From Pseudovirgaria hyperparasitica (taxonomy: Eukaryota): a stretch of DNA of 64,000 bases. Shown here piece after piece: positions 48,129 to 61,294 of this stretch. A model generated the notes under the pieces. The model was not told the DNA's origin, did not search any database, and saw nothing but the letters and a program-made list of their open reading frames with translations. Made by a program: the position numbers and the translations under genes. The stretch lies in assembly GCA_010093815.1 (NCBI GenBank), contig ML996565.1. The stretch is one strand, 5' to 3'. How positions within the stretch are numbered: the first letter of the stretch is position 1; every line of letters starts with the position of its first letter.

Positions 48129-50002
48129 ATGGCCGCAACCACAATCACCAGGTCGTCCGCCGACTCTTCCAATCCCATCCCCAAAATGCCCTCGCCCAAG
48201 GACTCCAAAGCCGTACCTGGAAAGATCGAAGGTACGTTCGTTCCTTGTTGCACTCCCATCGTCATCAACACTGCTTGTGAATTGCTTCATCACACCTCCT
48301 CATTCACTCTGCTACTTGTCGCTGCCATTCGAGTCACCACTGTGCTGGTGCCAGCCGTCGTCGCTGTTCATTAGCGCTCCGCTCATTGCCATGGCATGGC
48401 GTTGCGACATACACTCAACACCACTATTCATTTCTACTAATCATGCCTGATGCAAGTCGTTCACGGGAACACGTTACTAACGCTGCTTCTCTTTCAGACC
48501 CAAGCCAGGATAGAAGTAGTGACGACGCGAAGCCTACGACAAACGGTACAAATGCGCAGCCATTGGCGCCTCCACCAAAACCAACGCAAACTACGTCGAC
48601 TGATACCCCAGACTACTTCAGCTCAAATCACAACTCTTCAAATCAGTTCAGTCTGGAGCCAAATCCATTCGAACGATCTTTCGGCCAACCGCCGTCCGGA
48701 AGCACTCCCAACGGTGGAAGCATCCTACCTCCAGTCGCGAGCATAACATCTCCGTCCGGTCTACCTGGCATAACACCTGGGTGGCAGTCTTTAAGAGCCG
48801 GGCCATTGAGCCCTGCTATGCTCGCTGGCCCCGCAAATACTACTGATTACTTCTCAGGAGAGTTTAGAGGCTTCCCGACACCGAACGAATCGTCGTTGCG
48901 GACAGGTCTGACTCCAGGTGGTGGCGGATCTATGTTTCCAGCTCCCAGTCCAAATTCGCAGCATCTATTTCAACTCCAGAGTGGTGGCGCTACTCCCGGT
49001 ACATTAGACTTCCACAAGACTGCGCTTAGTGCTGCTACAGCGTCGAGTCAGAACAAATACAACACCAACGCCGTCTCATCACAACCGCCAGAACAAGCCA
49101 CTCAAGTCCAAGCTACACAACCTCCAACCACGCAGGCCCCAGTTGTTCAAGGACAACCACCACGTCAAGACATGTATCAACAGCATGACGTGCATGGTGC
49201 CGCGAACGACCTCCTTCAATTTGCCACCCAAGCAAACGGCAACCGGAACGGACAGTTTGCCGTTCCGACCCAGGCCAACCAGCACATCAACCAAGGGCAG
49301 CGCTCAAACGAGACATCGCCTGTCCAAAGGCGTGGGACGAAGGGCTCTGTTGGCACGGACAACACTGAAAACATGTCTGAAAGCGGCCAAAGTGAGGCAG
49401 CAAAGCCGCGAACTCGCGGAAAGAAGGCTAATAACAAAGGCGCCACTGGCAATAGCAGACGAAAGGCCGAAGATACGCCAGCAAAAGGTCCAGCCTCTAA
49501 AAAGCAAAAGGGCAACAACGGCATGCCAAAAGAGGAAGACTTTGACTCGGAAGAAGAAGACCAGGATGACCAGATCGATACGCACCCCGACGGCAAGAAG
49601 ATGACAGACGAAGAGAAGCGGAAGAACTTCCTCGAACGTAATCGGTATGTTGTCTCGTTCGAGTTATGGGACTGGTTGCTAACATCGTGCAGTGTCGCCG
49701 CGCTAAAGTGTCGTCAACGGAAGAAGCAATGGCTAGCTAATCTGCAGGCCAAAGTGGAGCTGTTCAGCACAGAGAACGATGCTCTATCAGCCCAAGTCAC
49801 GCAATTGCGTGAGGAAGTGGTCAACTTAAAGACTTTACTCCTGGCACACAAGGATTGCCCAGTATCGCAAGCTCAAGGCCTGGGTGGCATGAACATGAAC
49901 AGCTTTATTGGGGACATTCAACATAACCAGAACCCCTACGGAATCGGCATGCACAATGGAATGATGATGGGCCAGCCACAGGCGATGCAGCAAAGGGGGT
50001 GA
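48129..50002 (+). CDS. atfA: bZIP ATF/CREB transcription factor Atf1/AtfA
   Basis: LEPNPFERSF, LPPVASITSP, SLRAGPLSPAMLAGP, FPTPNESSLRTGLTPGG and EEKRKNFLERNR|VAALKCRQRKKQWLANLQ. Introns 48232-48497 and 49645-49692. A possible terminal intron at 49999-50162 would extend the CDS to 50202. Confidence 0.93.
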
Positions 50003-50845
50003 GTCACAGGAGCAGCATCGGATACATGAACAAACATCCTCACATCACACTCGACAATCATCTTGACCAAACACCACAATCATGCGGCCGGTGATGCTCC
50101 TGTCACTCCATTGACTGCACCAATAATATATTAGGTACTGACCGTGTCTAACTCGCACATAGAAGCCTCGCAGACACTATCGATCCGCGGTGGTTTATGT
50201 AGATATCATTCTTTCTCTCGTGGTCGCTGTTCGACATGAACAGATCCAGGTCCACATCGACGTCCTCTTCCTACTGGGTGGTGGACATCTATATCATTCT
50301 GGCGCCGGTGGATAAAGGAGAAATGCACGGCTCGGAAATGTTTGGATGTGGCGTTTTTCTAACTTTTCATGTAACCATCGTTGACGACTGCCGGGAATAT
50401 TCACAAACTTTGATTTATAATGTTCTTCTTTCAAACTTTTTTTTTCTACTCATTCTTATCTACTCTAGATGATCCTGTCTGGGGGTGACGGGGTGACAGA
50501 GTCTGCCTAGAGTTGATCCATCGGCACTTACCAAGTGGCACGACATGGATGCTGTGGCTTGTATGGTAGGAAATGAGATGTGGATGAGAATGAGTAAAAC
50601 GGGCCTCTAGGCTTGACCGTGGTCACGTAATGCCTATATGGTCCTTCATGTGTAGTGATACACTGTGAATAACACCGCGGCTCACGTTCCTGTATTTTGC
50701 TGTGATCTCAGTATGCACATGGGCAGATCATGGAGTACATCCCCCGGTGCATGATTGATTTCGATACTGGTTTCGGTGACTGTCTGTCAATGCAATTACG
50801 ATTGTGCTCCCCTCTATACGCACCGTTCACTTTATTTCAGAGTGT

Positions 50846-52734
50846 CTAACTACTACTTTCACCCCTAGAACCACTCAGTCCCCGTTCAACCCTCACATTC
50901 GCCCTCCCACCCCCTCTCCTCTCCAAAACCGCCAACACAACCGCCAACCCCACCGCACTCCAAAAACTCACCCCCAAAATCCCCACCATGACCAAATTAC
51001 TCCGCCGAAACGGCTCGCTCCCCTTCCCATCCGCCTCCCACCCCGTATACAGCGCATACGTCGTCGTCACACTGCCCAGATTCCCCAGCCCACTCACCAG
51101 CGCACTCGCCGCCGCAACCCCAACCTCCCCATGCCGCGCCTGGAATATCTCGCTCGTCCACGCCATACACACCGGCACCGTCGGCCCCAGCCCAAACCCC
51201 ACCACCAGCAACCCCACGTACCGCCCCCACGGCCGCGAAGCAGGTATATACGTCGTCAGCAGCAACCCAAGCACCTGCACGCCCACCGCCGCCGCAAACA
51301 CGCCTGCCCTCCCCCACCGCCGCCGCCACCCGCGCGATCCCGACATCCCCAGCGCATCCGATAGAGGCGTCACGAGCAGGATGGCAAGCAGATCGCACAC
51401 CCAGATTGGCGCGAAGAGGAGCGAGAGCGTGATGGATGACAGGCCCGGGTTGATACCCCTTATTATCACGGTGCCGTAGTTTTGCACGCCGAAGCCGACG
51501 CCGACGACGCCAAAGTACATGAGTGTGAGGGGCCAGAGGCGCCAGTCGAGGAGGATGCGGGTGAGGTCGTGGAGGGTCCAGGGCGGGGTCGTGTATGTGC
51601 TGCGGAGGTGGGCGTAGTGTGTTGCTGCGGCGGGGCCGGTGAGGGCGGGGCGGGGGCGGGGGATGAGGGGTGTGTACCATCTTGTGGTCCTTGTTGTATC
51701 TTCGTTGTCATGATTGTCGGCGGCGGCGCCGGGGGGTGCACGCGGCCGGTCGGGCAGCCACCAGAGCAGTGCGATGCCACAGAGTGTTGTTGCAATGCCG
51801 TAGAGGAGGAACATCCATTGGAATCCGACGAGGCCGCCGAGGCCGTCCATGCGTTGGAAGCCGGCGGAGACGAGGCCGACGACGGCGGCGGAGACTTGTG
51901 AGGCGGTGAAGTAGTATCCGATTCGGGTGCCGATGCGGGAGGGGGGGTAGAAGAGGGTTAGGTAGTAGGTTAGGCCGGGCCAGAGGCCGGCAATGAAGAG
52001 GCCGAGGAGGATGCGGAGGGCGCTGTTGGGTGAGGGGGGGTGTGGTTAGATTGTGGTTGCTTGTTTGTGTCTGTGAGGGTGAATAGGGGAAGAGGGATAG
52101 GGGAAGGAAGGGATGTAAACACCCCAAAACCACACCCAAGCATAAAGAACACACTCACTAAAACGCTCCCACACTCCTCATAGCAGCCATACACGCGCCC
52201 ACAACCCCAACCAGCACCATGATGCGCGCCATCCACACATGCGGCCGCACCACGCTCATCACCAGATTACTCGGCACATTAAACACCACGTAGAACACGA
52301 AGAACAGCGCCAGCCCCGTGCTGATCTGCTTGCCGTTCACGCCCACCACGTGCCCGAGGTCGTGGCGCTGCGCGGTGTTCATGGTTTGCGCGAGCGCGAC
52401 GTTGGAGCGCACGGCCGAGGCGAGGAAGTAGAGTGTCCAGAAGGCGGGGATTATGCGGCGGTCGAGGGTTCTGTTGGTTTGGGTCGGGGGTTTAGTTGGG
52501 TTTGGAAAAGGGAGAGTTGGGGTCAAGGAGGGAGACGGGAGATTGGGAGGTGGAAATGGGAGAAAGAGGGAATGGAAAGGAGGAGAAGAATATATACCTG
52601 TAAACAGCCTCGATGCGCGCGGAATCATCATGCACATCGTTGATTCCATGCTGCGATGTATCGTTGTCAACACCACCATCTTCCACGTCGATGACGTCTG
52701 CTTTCGGGTGTCCTTGCTCTTGCGGCATACTCAT
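50846..52734 (-). CDS. MFS transporter, allantoate permease/anion:cation symporter (Dal5/Tna1-like) family
   Basis: VYRTLDRRIIP, FNVPSNLVM, ALRILLGLFIAGLWPG, MDGLGGLVGFQWMFLLYG and WWLPDRP. Introns 52471-52597 and 52023-52158. Confidence 0.88.
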
Positions 52735-52787
52735 TACCCTCTCTCCCTCTCTGCTCGAAACCCAAAGTCTAGATTATATCCACCCAC

Positions 52788-52866
<79 letters not shown>

Positions 52867-52867
52867 G
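52788..52867. repeat. (TCTG)20 microsatellite
   Basis: Read directly. It starts about 55 nt upstream of the MFS start codon. Confidence 0.95.
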
Positions 52868-53689
52868 GCAGCGCGCCGCCCAAAAGCGCCGTAACTAATC
52901 CGATCCAGAATACCAGAGGAAACTTCCAATTAAGCAAGCCGACAATCAGAAATAAAGCAAAGAAGAAAAAGACTGAAACCAATTGAGCAGAGAAGCAGCA
53001 GCGACTTGCAACAAATTCTCAATCAAACGCTGGCTATACGAACAATACATATACATATAGCGGGGCAGACTAGATCTCGTAGTAGAAATTGAAGAAAACC
53101 CCTCACACCTTGGCCCCCGTCCGTGACGAAGAAGAAGACTCGTCTTGACCGAGACCTTGACGTGCTAAAGTGGGTGTGAAAGAACCAAACAATTGATCAA
53201 TTGGAGGGTGAGAGTGGCAGGGTGACTTTTCTTGCGACAGCGGCTTGATATGTCGTCGCCGTTGTCGGGAAAGTACTGACTCGCTTGACGCACGTTGGGG
53301 CTAATGAGATAATTAGAGGTAAGGATTCTTTCTAGTGGCGCAATCCATAAAAGTTTTGATGGCCCGATAGAGCCTAGTGGAATCCATGAGCATGAACGCA
53401 GGACATCAAAGAGCGCATGCCTCCTCTGCTGGTGCTGTAGAATCATAATAAATCACAATATGATCATGAAGTTTCACAGGTCTTCCATTATGACTGCGCC
53501 CGTGATGAATATTTGACACGTAGTATTTTGACGGCAGCAGATGGCTACACACAAGCACACGTACTGTCCAACTATACATGTTCCCTTTTCAAACGCCATT
53601 GCTCTTCGCAATCCGCCCTAGAACGCCAGACATGGAGAAAAGAAATGTGAAGGTGACCTTACAAGAACAGGAAATACAACAGACATCGT

Positions 53690-55598
53690 CTAGTCCTTGC
53701 TCTTCTTCTTTTTCTTCTTCTCGATCTTGTCGCCGTCGTCGTCGTGCTTCCGCTTCTTCGAACTCGGGGCTTCCTCTACCGCCTTCTTTGCTTTCTTTGC
53801 CTCCTTGGCCGCACGCTTCGCCGCTCGCTCTGCTTTACGGGCTTTCCTAGCCTCCTTTTCGGCTTTTCGCTCTGCTTTGCTGAGGTCCTTTGATGGTGTT
53901 TTGTCCTCCATCTCCTCGTCCGAGTCTGAGTCTGAATCTGGCTCTGCGACAACGACTGGCTTCACAGGCTCTTCGACATTCTTGGCCTTCTTGTCTTTCT
54001 TATCCTTCTTGCTCTTCTTTTCGGTCGTCTCGACGCCGTTCAGGGCACCATTGGTAGACGTACCCTCTGCAATGGTGGCGGCGGGCTCGTCGCCTGTTAA
54101 GCCGTCCACGTTGGGGTTGTACTTCTTGGCCTCCTTGACGGAGAACTTGCCGAGCTTGGGCTCGGTGATCGGGGTGAGGTTGGCGTTGAGCCCACTGCTC
54201 TTTAGTGGTTTGCCCTCAAGCTTGCGTAGCCGACGTTCGAGGTAGCTTCGTGCGCCAGTTGCGAATTCGACCTTGTCTTCGTCGGTAGGCTCGGCGTCCT
54301 TGCCTGCACCACCGGCGCCCCAGTCTGATAGTGCGTCGATACGTAGACCAAGGGCGGTCTTGGCTGCGAGCATACGGGCGACCTTTCCCTTGTTCTTGCC
54401 GCTTGCTTGGCCAATGAGAGAAGCGTGGTAGATGAGACCATACTTGGGAGTGTCGTGTTTCGTTTTGAGGGCACGGAACAGGGCTTTCTCAGCTCCGAGA
54501 ACCTGGATGGTACTAGCAGGGCTCTTGGACAAGTTCATGAGACTTCCTGCGTGTGCGATGAGACGCGCTCCGACGATTTCGCCAACGAGAGCAGTCAAGT
54601 TGGGTGCAATGGCGTGCATGCGAGTCGTGAGGTAGCTGGAAAGGTTCTGTCGGTATTCCGTGAGGTCAACAACGTTCTCAGCGAGGCCGTGGATCTCCTC
54701 ATAGTCCTCATCCGTGATCTCAGTACCCATGGAGACTTCGGCAGCACCCTTGACGGCTACCTCAATCTCCTCAGGCAGAATGTCGGCCATGTCGGTTTTC
54801 GAAGCGTTCGTTCTCATCCCCATGCTAATCACCACGCGAGCGTAGGCATAGTTGTCATTGATGATCTTGGCCATCTCCGGGAAATGCCACCCGTACCATT
54901 CCTTTACTCTCATTGCATATTGATTGAGCTCCTTGTCTAGGTCATCCAGAAGCGATACGGCCTGGATGATCATTGTGTCGACCTTGTCCGGTGAGAATTT
55001 CAGCTTGTGGCGGGATAGCGAATGTGATAGACCAAGAGACATGGTCTGGATATCAGATGGAGCGAGTCCAGGGATCAGAGCCGACATATGCTCCCGGATA
55101 GCACGGTAGATGTCTTGAGTAGAGGAGTCTGATACTGGAGTGACTGAGAGCTGCGGCAGCTTGTTGATGGCGTTTCCGAGCTTGGGGTCGGCTACAGCCA
55201 ACGAGACTTTCTTCTCGTCTTTGATGTGGTCGAGAAACGAGGAAAGGAGTGGAGTGACCTGGTGTTAATTCAAGTAAGCTACTGGAATTTTGCATGCTGC
55301 ATGAGACCTCAGCTGTGAAGGTAGGAAGAGTTCTTACCTTGCCCTCGATAAGTGCGGCAGCTTCATTGAGCGCTTGGGCGGCATTTTCATACTTGTGAAA
55401 GTGCTTGAGCTTGAAACTAGATACTCATAATGTCAGACATGAGCTATGCACCACGACCGGACCATTTCCCTACAGTTCTGAAGCTCCTTCAGCTGTCTTT
55501 GATGCTTCTGCGATGTCGTCTCGCTTGAGAAGTTTCTTGTCCTTGGATTTCAGAAGCGCATAACCAGCGCTGGTCTCGGTGAGGATGAAGAGAGTCAT
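53690..55598 (-). CDS. NOP58: Nucleolar protein 58 (box C/D snoRNP core)
   Basis: [78 protein letters not shown] and a KKD/E-rich tail. Introns 55417-55473 and 55259-55337. Confidence 0.95.
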
Positions 55599-55704
55599 TG
55601 TGGCTGGTAGGAATGGCAGTGAGTTGCGCTGTGGTAACAAGCCGCGACTTCTTGCGCAGTCGATGTTACTCGAGGTCGTCGTGCTTTGGAAAATGAATGG
55701 GATT

Positions 55705-55714
55705 AATTTTTCGC
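55705..55714 (-). promoter_or_regulatory. RRPE-like element (GCGAAAAATT) upstream of NOP58
   Basis: Resembles the ribosome-biogenesis RRPE motif and lies about 110 nt upstream of a ribosome-biogenesis gene. Function inferred. Confidence 0.3.
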
Positions 55715-56259
55715 GGCAGCACTAGGAAAATGGTCCGTGCCCCCACACTTTTTTGGCTAGGTGCCTGAGGCAGAACCGCAGCTCAGCCGAGAATTGCATG
55801 CCCGTGTCCAAGGGTCTGTAGAATGGATGTACATGGGGTCTACTTCGCGACTACGTAATCTTAACGCGTTATAAATTCATATAGCATAGCTACATAGCCT
55901 GACATTGCCAGTTTACTTTAGTTTTAGCTACCAGAAACCAACTGCTGCACACTTAAGTCTACGAAGCCTTGGCCAGAATTATCGAAAAATCCCCCACTTC
56001 ATTGCCAGTGATTATCTCTATTTCAAATATCGATGAAAACAAAAGGGGTATTAGCTCGCTCGAGACGCCAGAAGAGGATTGAAACCGTGCTAATAGAATA
56101 CGTTACGTGAGACAAGGTTGAAATGTTCGTATGTGGAAGGCAGAAGAACGGCCAGATTGGTGATAGAGATAGGAGGTATAGGGGCGTGGTCTTACGGACC
56201 GAATCTCCAGATTCAAGTGGTGATTAGGAAGAGGTGATCGCCCTATAAGATGGAGCTGT

Positions 56260-58230
56260 CTATAGCGCAAGGCCTCTGGGAACCCCAAAGACAGGATTGC
56301 GCCTTATCCGCACCGTCTTTGCTGGAGATGTAATTGACCGGACGGACGCGAAATCTGCAACCAACGTTTCATTCGGTGTGATGGGAGCATTTTCAGACAC
56401 TTGTGCCTTGGGTGTTCGCGAGAGCCCATACAGGCCACGTTTTACGTTCTGGAAAGCAGTGACGGTAGCCTTGGGCATCTCATTTTGATGTGCAGCGCAG
56501 TGCAGAAGTTGCATACCAGCATAGCCGACGAGGACATCGTAGATTCTGTCTCGCGCGACCCGCGCTGTAGGTCTGTCAGATGGCTCCAGTGCGAGCATTT
56601 GTCGGATGAGTCGGAGAATGTGTGGGACTGCCCGAAATAGCTTGTCATCCTGGGCAAAGGCAAGGTCTTCCAAGATTACCATCCAAGACTCTAGCTTTTC
56701 AGGATTATTATGAAAGGATGAGTCGATTCGAGACGAATTGCTTTTACTACCATCCTTCACTTTTGTGCTTCGATGACGGGTGAAATCGGAGGACTTCTTC
56801 TTCAGCAAGAAGGTAATGATATCCAACCATATACAACCAAGGGCAAAGATATCGGCAGCTTCGGAGTTAGATGCAGATTGGCTATTGCTGCGTTTCTTGG
56901 CGACGTTTGGAGTGAAGCCAAAATCGAACCCAGTGTAAGGGCTGCTCGGTTTCGAGATGGAAAACCTTCTGTTCTTGGTTTCATACGATCCTGTTGATGT
57001 TGACTGCCCCGAGGATCCTTTGCTAGACACCGAACCTGCTCGTGCTGTGTCTGAAGAGGGTTTCAGACTTGACTTGAGCAAGAGAGACAAGGTCGAGGTA
57101 TGGCTTTCTGGTGCAGAGTAGTTGTATGTTTCAGTGATGTCAGATTTCTTGTCTTTCTGGAATGTAGCTAGACTGCCAATGTCACTGAAGGCAATGCGAT
57201 TTCGGGAGTCGATGATAATGTTGGAAGGTCGAATGGCTGAGTGGGTGGAACCATTCATGTGAAGAGAGGCGACGGCGGATGCCAGGCAGTGCAGCCATTC
57301 GAGTAGAAGTGCCCATCTATCATGCTTAGCGAGTCGCATATATTGCGGCGCCGTGCGGTGATCAATGAACGTCTTTAGTGTATGCTCGCCAACGAATGTG
57401 CTCAGCGCGTAGCCATTACCCTTCCACGTGTAAGATGCATAGACGGGCGCAATGTGCTCATGTTCGATGAACCGTGCGTGTCCTATATCGGCAACGAACT
57501 CTTCCTCGGTGAGCTTCCCAGTTCCAGTCCCTAGCTGCGCTTTACGGCGCATAAACAAAACGTTAGGTTTCTTTGGGAGGTGCACTCTGTTCCAGCCTTG
57601 CAATGGCACAGCCGGAGGGAGTTTATATACGTATTCGAGGGGCACCGTTTCGCTGGCACCATAGTCGATATGCGAACCGTCCTCAAGTTCTCGTAGGAGG
57701 AACTTGAATTGCGTGTCATAGAACTTGCGGTCCAGTTGTTCATGCATCTGGTAAGTGATGGCGAGTCTCTGAACGGTGTCCATAGGTAATGGCAGGTCGT
57801 CGTCATCCCACGAGGAATCGATGATCCCAAAAATCTGATCGGGCACACCTATCTCTGACAGGATCAGAAACATTCGACGACACTTTTCTAAGATCCATTC
57901 GAGATATGTATCAGATGTGAGGCCATCTCCAAAGGCAAGGGGTTGATCCAGCTTTTCTCTTTGAGCCAGCTTCAGTCGAGAAGTGACAAAATCTTTTGTG
58001 ACTGTGTCTTCGATCGTTTCCTGCGTCCACCATACTTGCTGGAGAGCAGAATGCGGTGTCACCAGTGAGTGTCCACCATAGCCGTAAATAAAAGCATTAA
58101 GTGCGATAGTGTTGGGTGTAACGACCGCGTTGATGTTTCTTGAACCCATTATTCAAATGGAAGTCCAGAGCTTGCTTACCAGTGGAGGCAGGTGACTGAT
58201 TGTTTTCAATAACAGTCCAGAAGTCGCCAT
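56260..58230 (-). CDS. Protein kinase-like protein, probable pseudokinase
   Basis: Kinase-fold motifs HEHIAPVYASY, WLHCLASAVASLH, HSAIRPSNIII, FSDIG, YNYSAPE, ADIFALGC and MLALEPSDRPTA. Probable first exon 58230-58180 and intron 58039-58179; alternative ATG at 58149. Confidence 0.8.
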
Positions 58231-61200
58231 CAGCTGAGGTACATTCCAGGACAAGATAGGACATTGGATGTCTGGGGTCTTGGTGGTCTTGGGGCTCCTG
58301 GTGGGTCTCGGGGTAAGCACCTTTCAGGACATCGCTGGGATTGTCTACAGCAACGTGCCCTCAACGACGAGGGTCATCGGCGCACAGTAACAAAAAAATC
58401 GGCGTAACCGTCCAGATATGAAGACCATTCGACCGTAGCGTCTACTGTGTAATCTAGGCCGTCCGCCCGCACGCCACCGCAGAGGCGTCCATGGCGTGCA
58501 CAGATACAGCCATGAGTGGTGAAGGTATCATCAAGCCCGAAAGATTAGACGCTTGCCATGCACCAAACACGACACAGAGAGGCAAACATTCATGGAACAA
58601 GTGGATGAGCCCTGGACGGTGGCGGCATGGGAAAGATATCCAATGAAAAGCCATGAAGGGGATGGACGTTGATGGCGCAAGCTCGTTGGTCACAGCCCCA
58701 GACAATGGATGGGCGCTTGAGCCCCTGTTTCTTAGCGTGGGAGGCGCAGACAGCCAAACTTTTCTACTACTCCTTCATCCATTACATAGTACGTATTATC
58801 TTTTACTATGTTCTCCAGCAATGCGCCTACATGATTTATTTCCCATCCTGGGCTCGGGGTGAGACAAAGCATCGCGCTGTGGTCTAATTGACCGTTGAAC
58901 CGTCCAAGCGTTGCCAGCCAATAAGGTTGTTTACACCACCCTTCGTCCACCGTTACACATCATAGTCTCGATGCGGTTCAGAAGCATCAAAGCATCAAAT
59001 CATCTACCACATTCAGCGACACATACAGCCAGGTCATGGACACGAGCCACCAGCAGACAACTGTCCACATGGCCATTGCTCTCGCCGTTCGTGAAGCTCT
59101 GTCCGCGACGTGACGCGTGGGACTTGGACTTAGGCCTCCTTGCCTCCTCAATAATATCTACATGCCGAACTGACTGCGTCATTTTACGCTCGTCGGTCCG
59201 CCAAGGATGACTATTTTGGCAGGAGACCACGAGCTTCGAGCATCTCCCACGCAAACATGCCCCGTCGGCACCTCTCATGTGCATATCGCATGCCTACTGC
59301 CGCGTGGCCGGCTCTTTGGCTTGCATATATACTACATACCGAAATGTGGGTGATGTTATAAGGCTAGGTCTGCACTTTGGTGCCCATCCGATACGAGAAC
59401 GATGGCTGACTGCTAAGCTCGAAGCACTCAAATACCAGTTTACGTGTTATAGGCCTAGTCTTACATTCTTAGGGCTTTGGTAGCACGTCAAATTCAAAAC
59501 TGAGAGTGAATAGACCTGATGTATTAGCCTTGAGTACAGAGCCTTATCGTCTGTCTGATAAAACTGTGCCAGCGCCGCCAATTCCCAAACGAGCCAAGTG
59601 TGTGACCAAATGTGTAACAGCTCACTGTAGTTCAACATGGTGCTCCATGACCAAGACGAATATATCTGTGACTCTCCTCTTCCACTGTCCATTTGTAGGG
59701 ATTTCGTTGTGTCATGTACATCCCTCTTTAAGCCCAGGCCTGGATGGACAGTTCGTTGCCCCCTTCGTGCTACTGGCGCAAGACATTAGCAAACTTCCTG
59801 CGACAACCATGACCATCGCGGAAAAGATGAATGATGAGGTTGTGCAGAAAGCATGTACAACTTGCTATCCTTAATCAGAGCTGGCCCGATTTCTCTGCCA
59901 TTATTGAGTCAAGATCCAGCCCACTGACTCACTCAGGAACGCATCCAGTATCCTTTCTGGCGCCTTACATCATCTACCTCGACATTCGTCCGCTCACCCT
60001 GCGTATCATAGGCAAAGATTCAAACAAACCTTGCTCACAATTATCATCACCACCGGGACAAGTAGATCTGCCGCTTTGCTAGCCCATAAAAGAGAAAGTC
60101 GACGTTAAGGAACGGCCCGTACGAACAAGCGACCCCATCTACAGGCTTTGCTCACATCAGCACATTCGGATCAGCGCACTATTAACTGCATTGTCATCGT
60201 TGTGGTACCCCAGAAAATGCTTTCGAGTTTGCTAGTTGCTATGGCGAGGCTAACGGGCTTCAGCCACTTGACTCTGAATGTAGTCGTAACCAACGTAGCA
60301 TATATCTACATGAGCAACAAGAAGCGCCTGTTATAGACTGCATCAGGCTATATCGGGGTCCCGATGGTTTCTCCTCACTACTCGTCTGCCAAGCAGAGGG
60401 CCTCAGCGTTGGTCGCGGCCGCAAACATAGCCTGAAGCGACACCAGGAGGCGTAGATGAGATACTGCTACGATTGGAATTGACTGATGCTATGGATTCAG
60501 TCTGGGTACATTGACATTTCACTGCCTCTACGCTAGTTCAGATGTCAGTATGAGCTTTACCACTGAAGACTCAAGGACTTATCTTTCATATCGGTAGTAT
60601 CGCGCTAACCTGTCTCAGACTGGCACCGAATGATGCATCCATCATCCATGGCCACAATCCGCCTCATCGCCTCTTCAGCATCAAAACATTCGACCTTACA
60701 GTAAGACTCTATACAAGAAGATATCCGATGTGAAGCTGTCCCCATGGTATTCTCAATCCGCACCCGAGCTCCCAGCTCCGAATTCTCGAAGAGCATGAGC
60801 AGCGACGAATTAAAGATCAGGCTTTCACTCAGCGTGCCATCACCACACCGCACAGCATAGATCCACGAATCTCCTACTCGAACTTGTGTAGACCGACGCC
60901 GTCAGCCTGCACTGAATCCGTTGCCCAGGCCTGCAGCCAACATACCTCAAGACCAAGCCCTTTAAGCGGCCATTGACCTTCCTGAAACGGATAAGCACAA
61001 CCCATGGCAAGGCGGGGTCTTGTCATCATAAGGCATCTTTGCATCCTCTCCCGTCGCCGTCACCCGGAGCCTGGTCGAAGTCATACTGGTCGAAGGCCTG
61101 GCTACCAGGACCGAGCGACCGTTGCAATGGTAAGGTGGGATGCCGCTCGCGGTGCCCACACGGCATATGATGGCATTCATGCTGGAGCTGTCAGCCCACA

Positions 61201-61294
61201 ATATATGGATATCTAGCACAGCTAAAGCCTTAAAGGCTCCACCACATCCCAATTGCATAGCTTACATGTGTTTTGCTATCCCTATCTTAACGAC

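Noticed and set aside
58400..61250. Many short ORFs in the divergent region between the kinase-like and M28 genes
   Set aside because: None shows motifs, codon bias or a consistent splice structure. Treated as intergenic.
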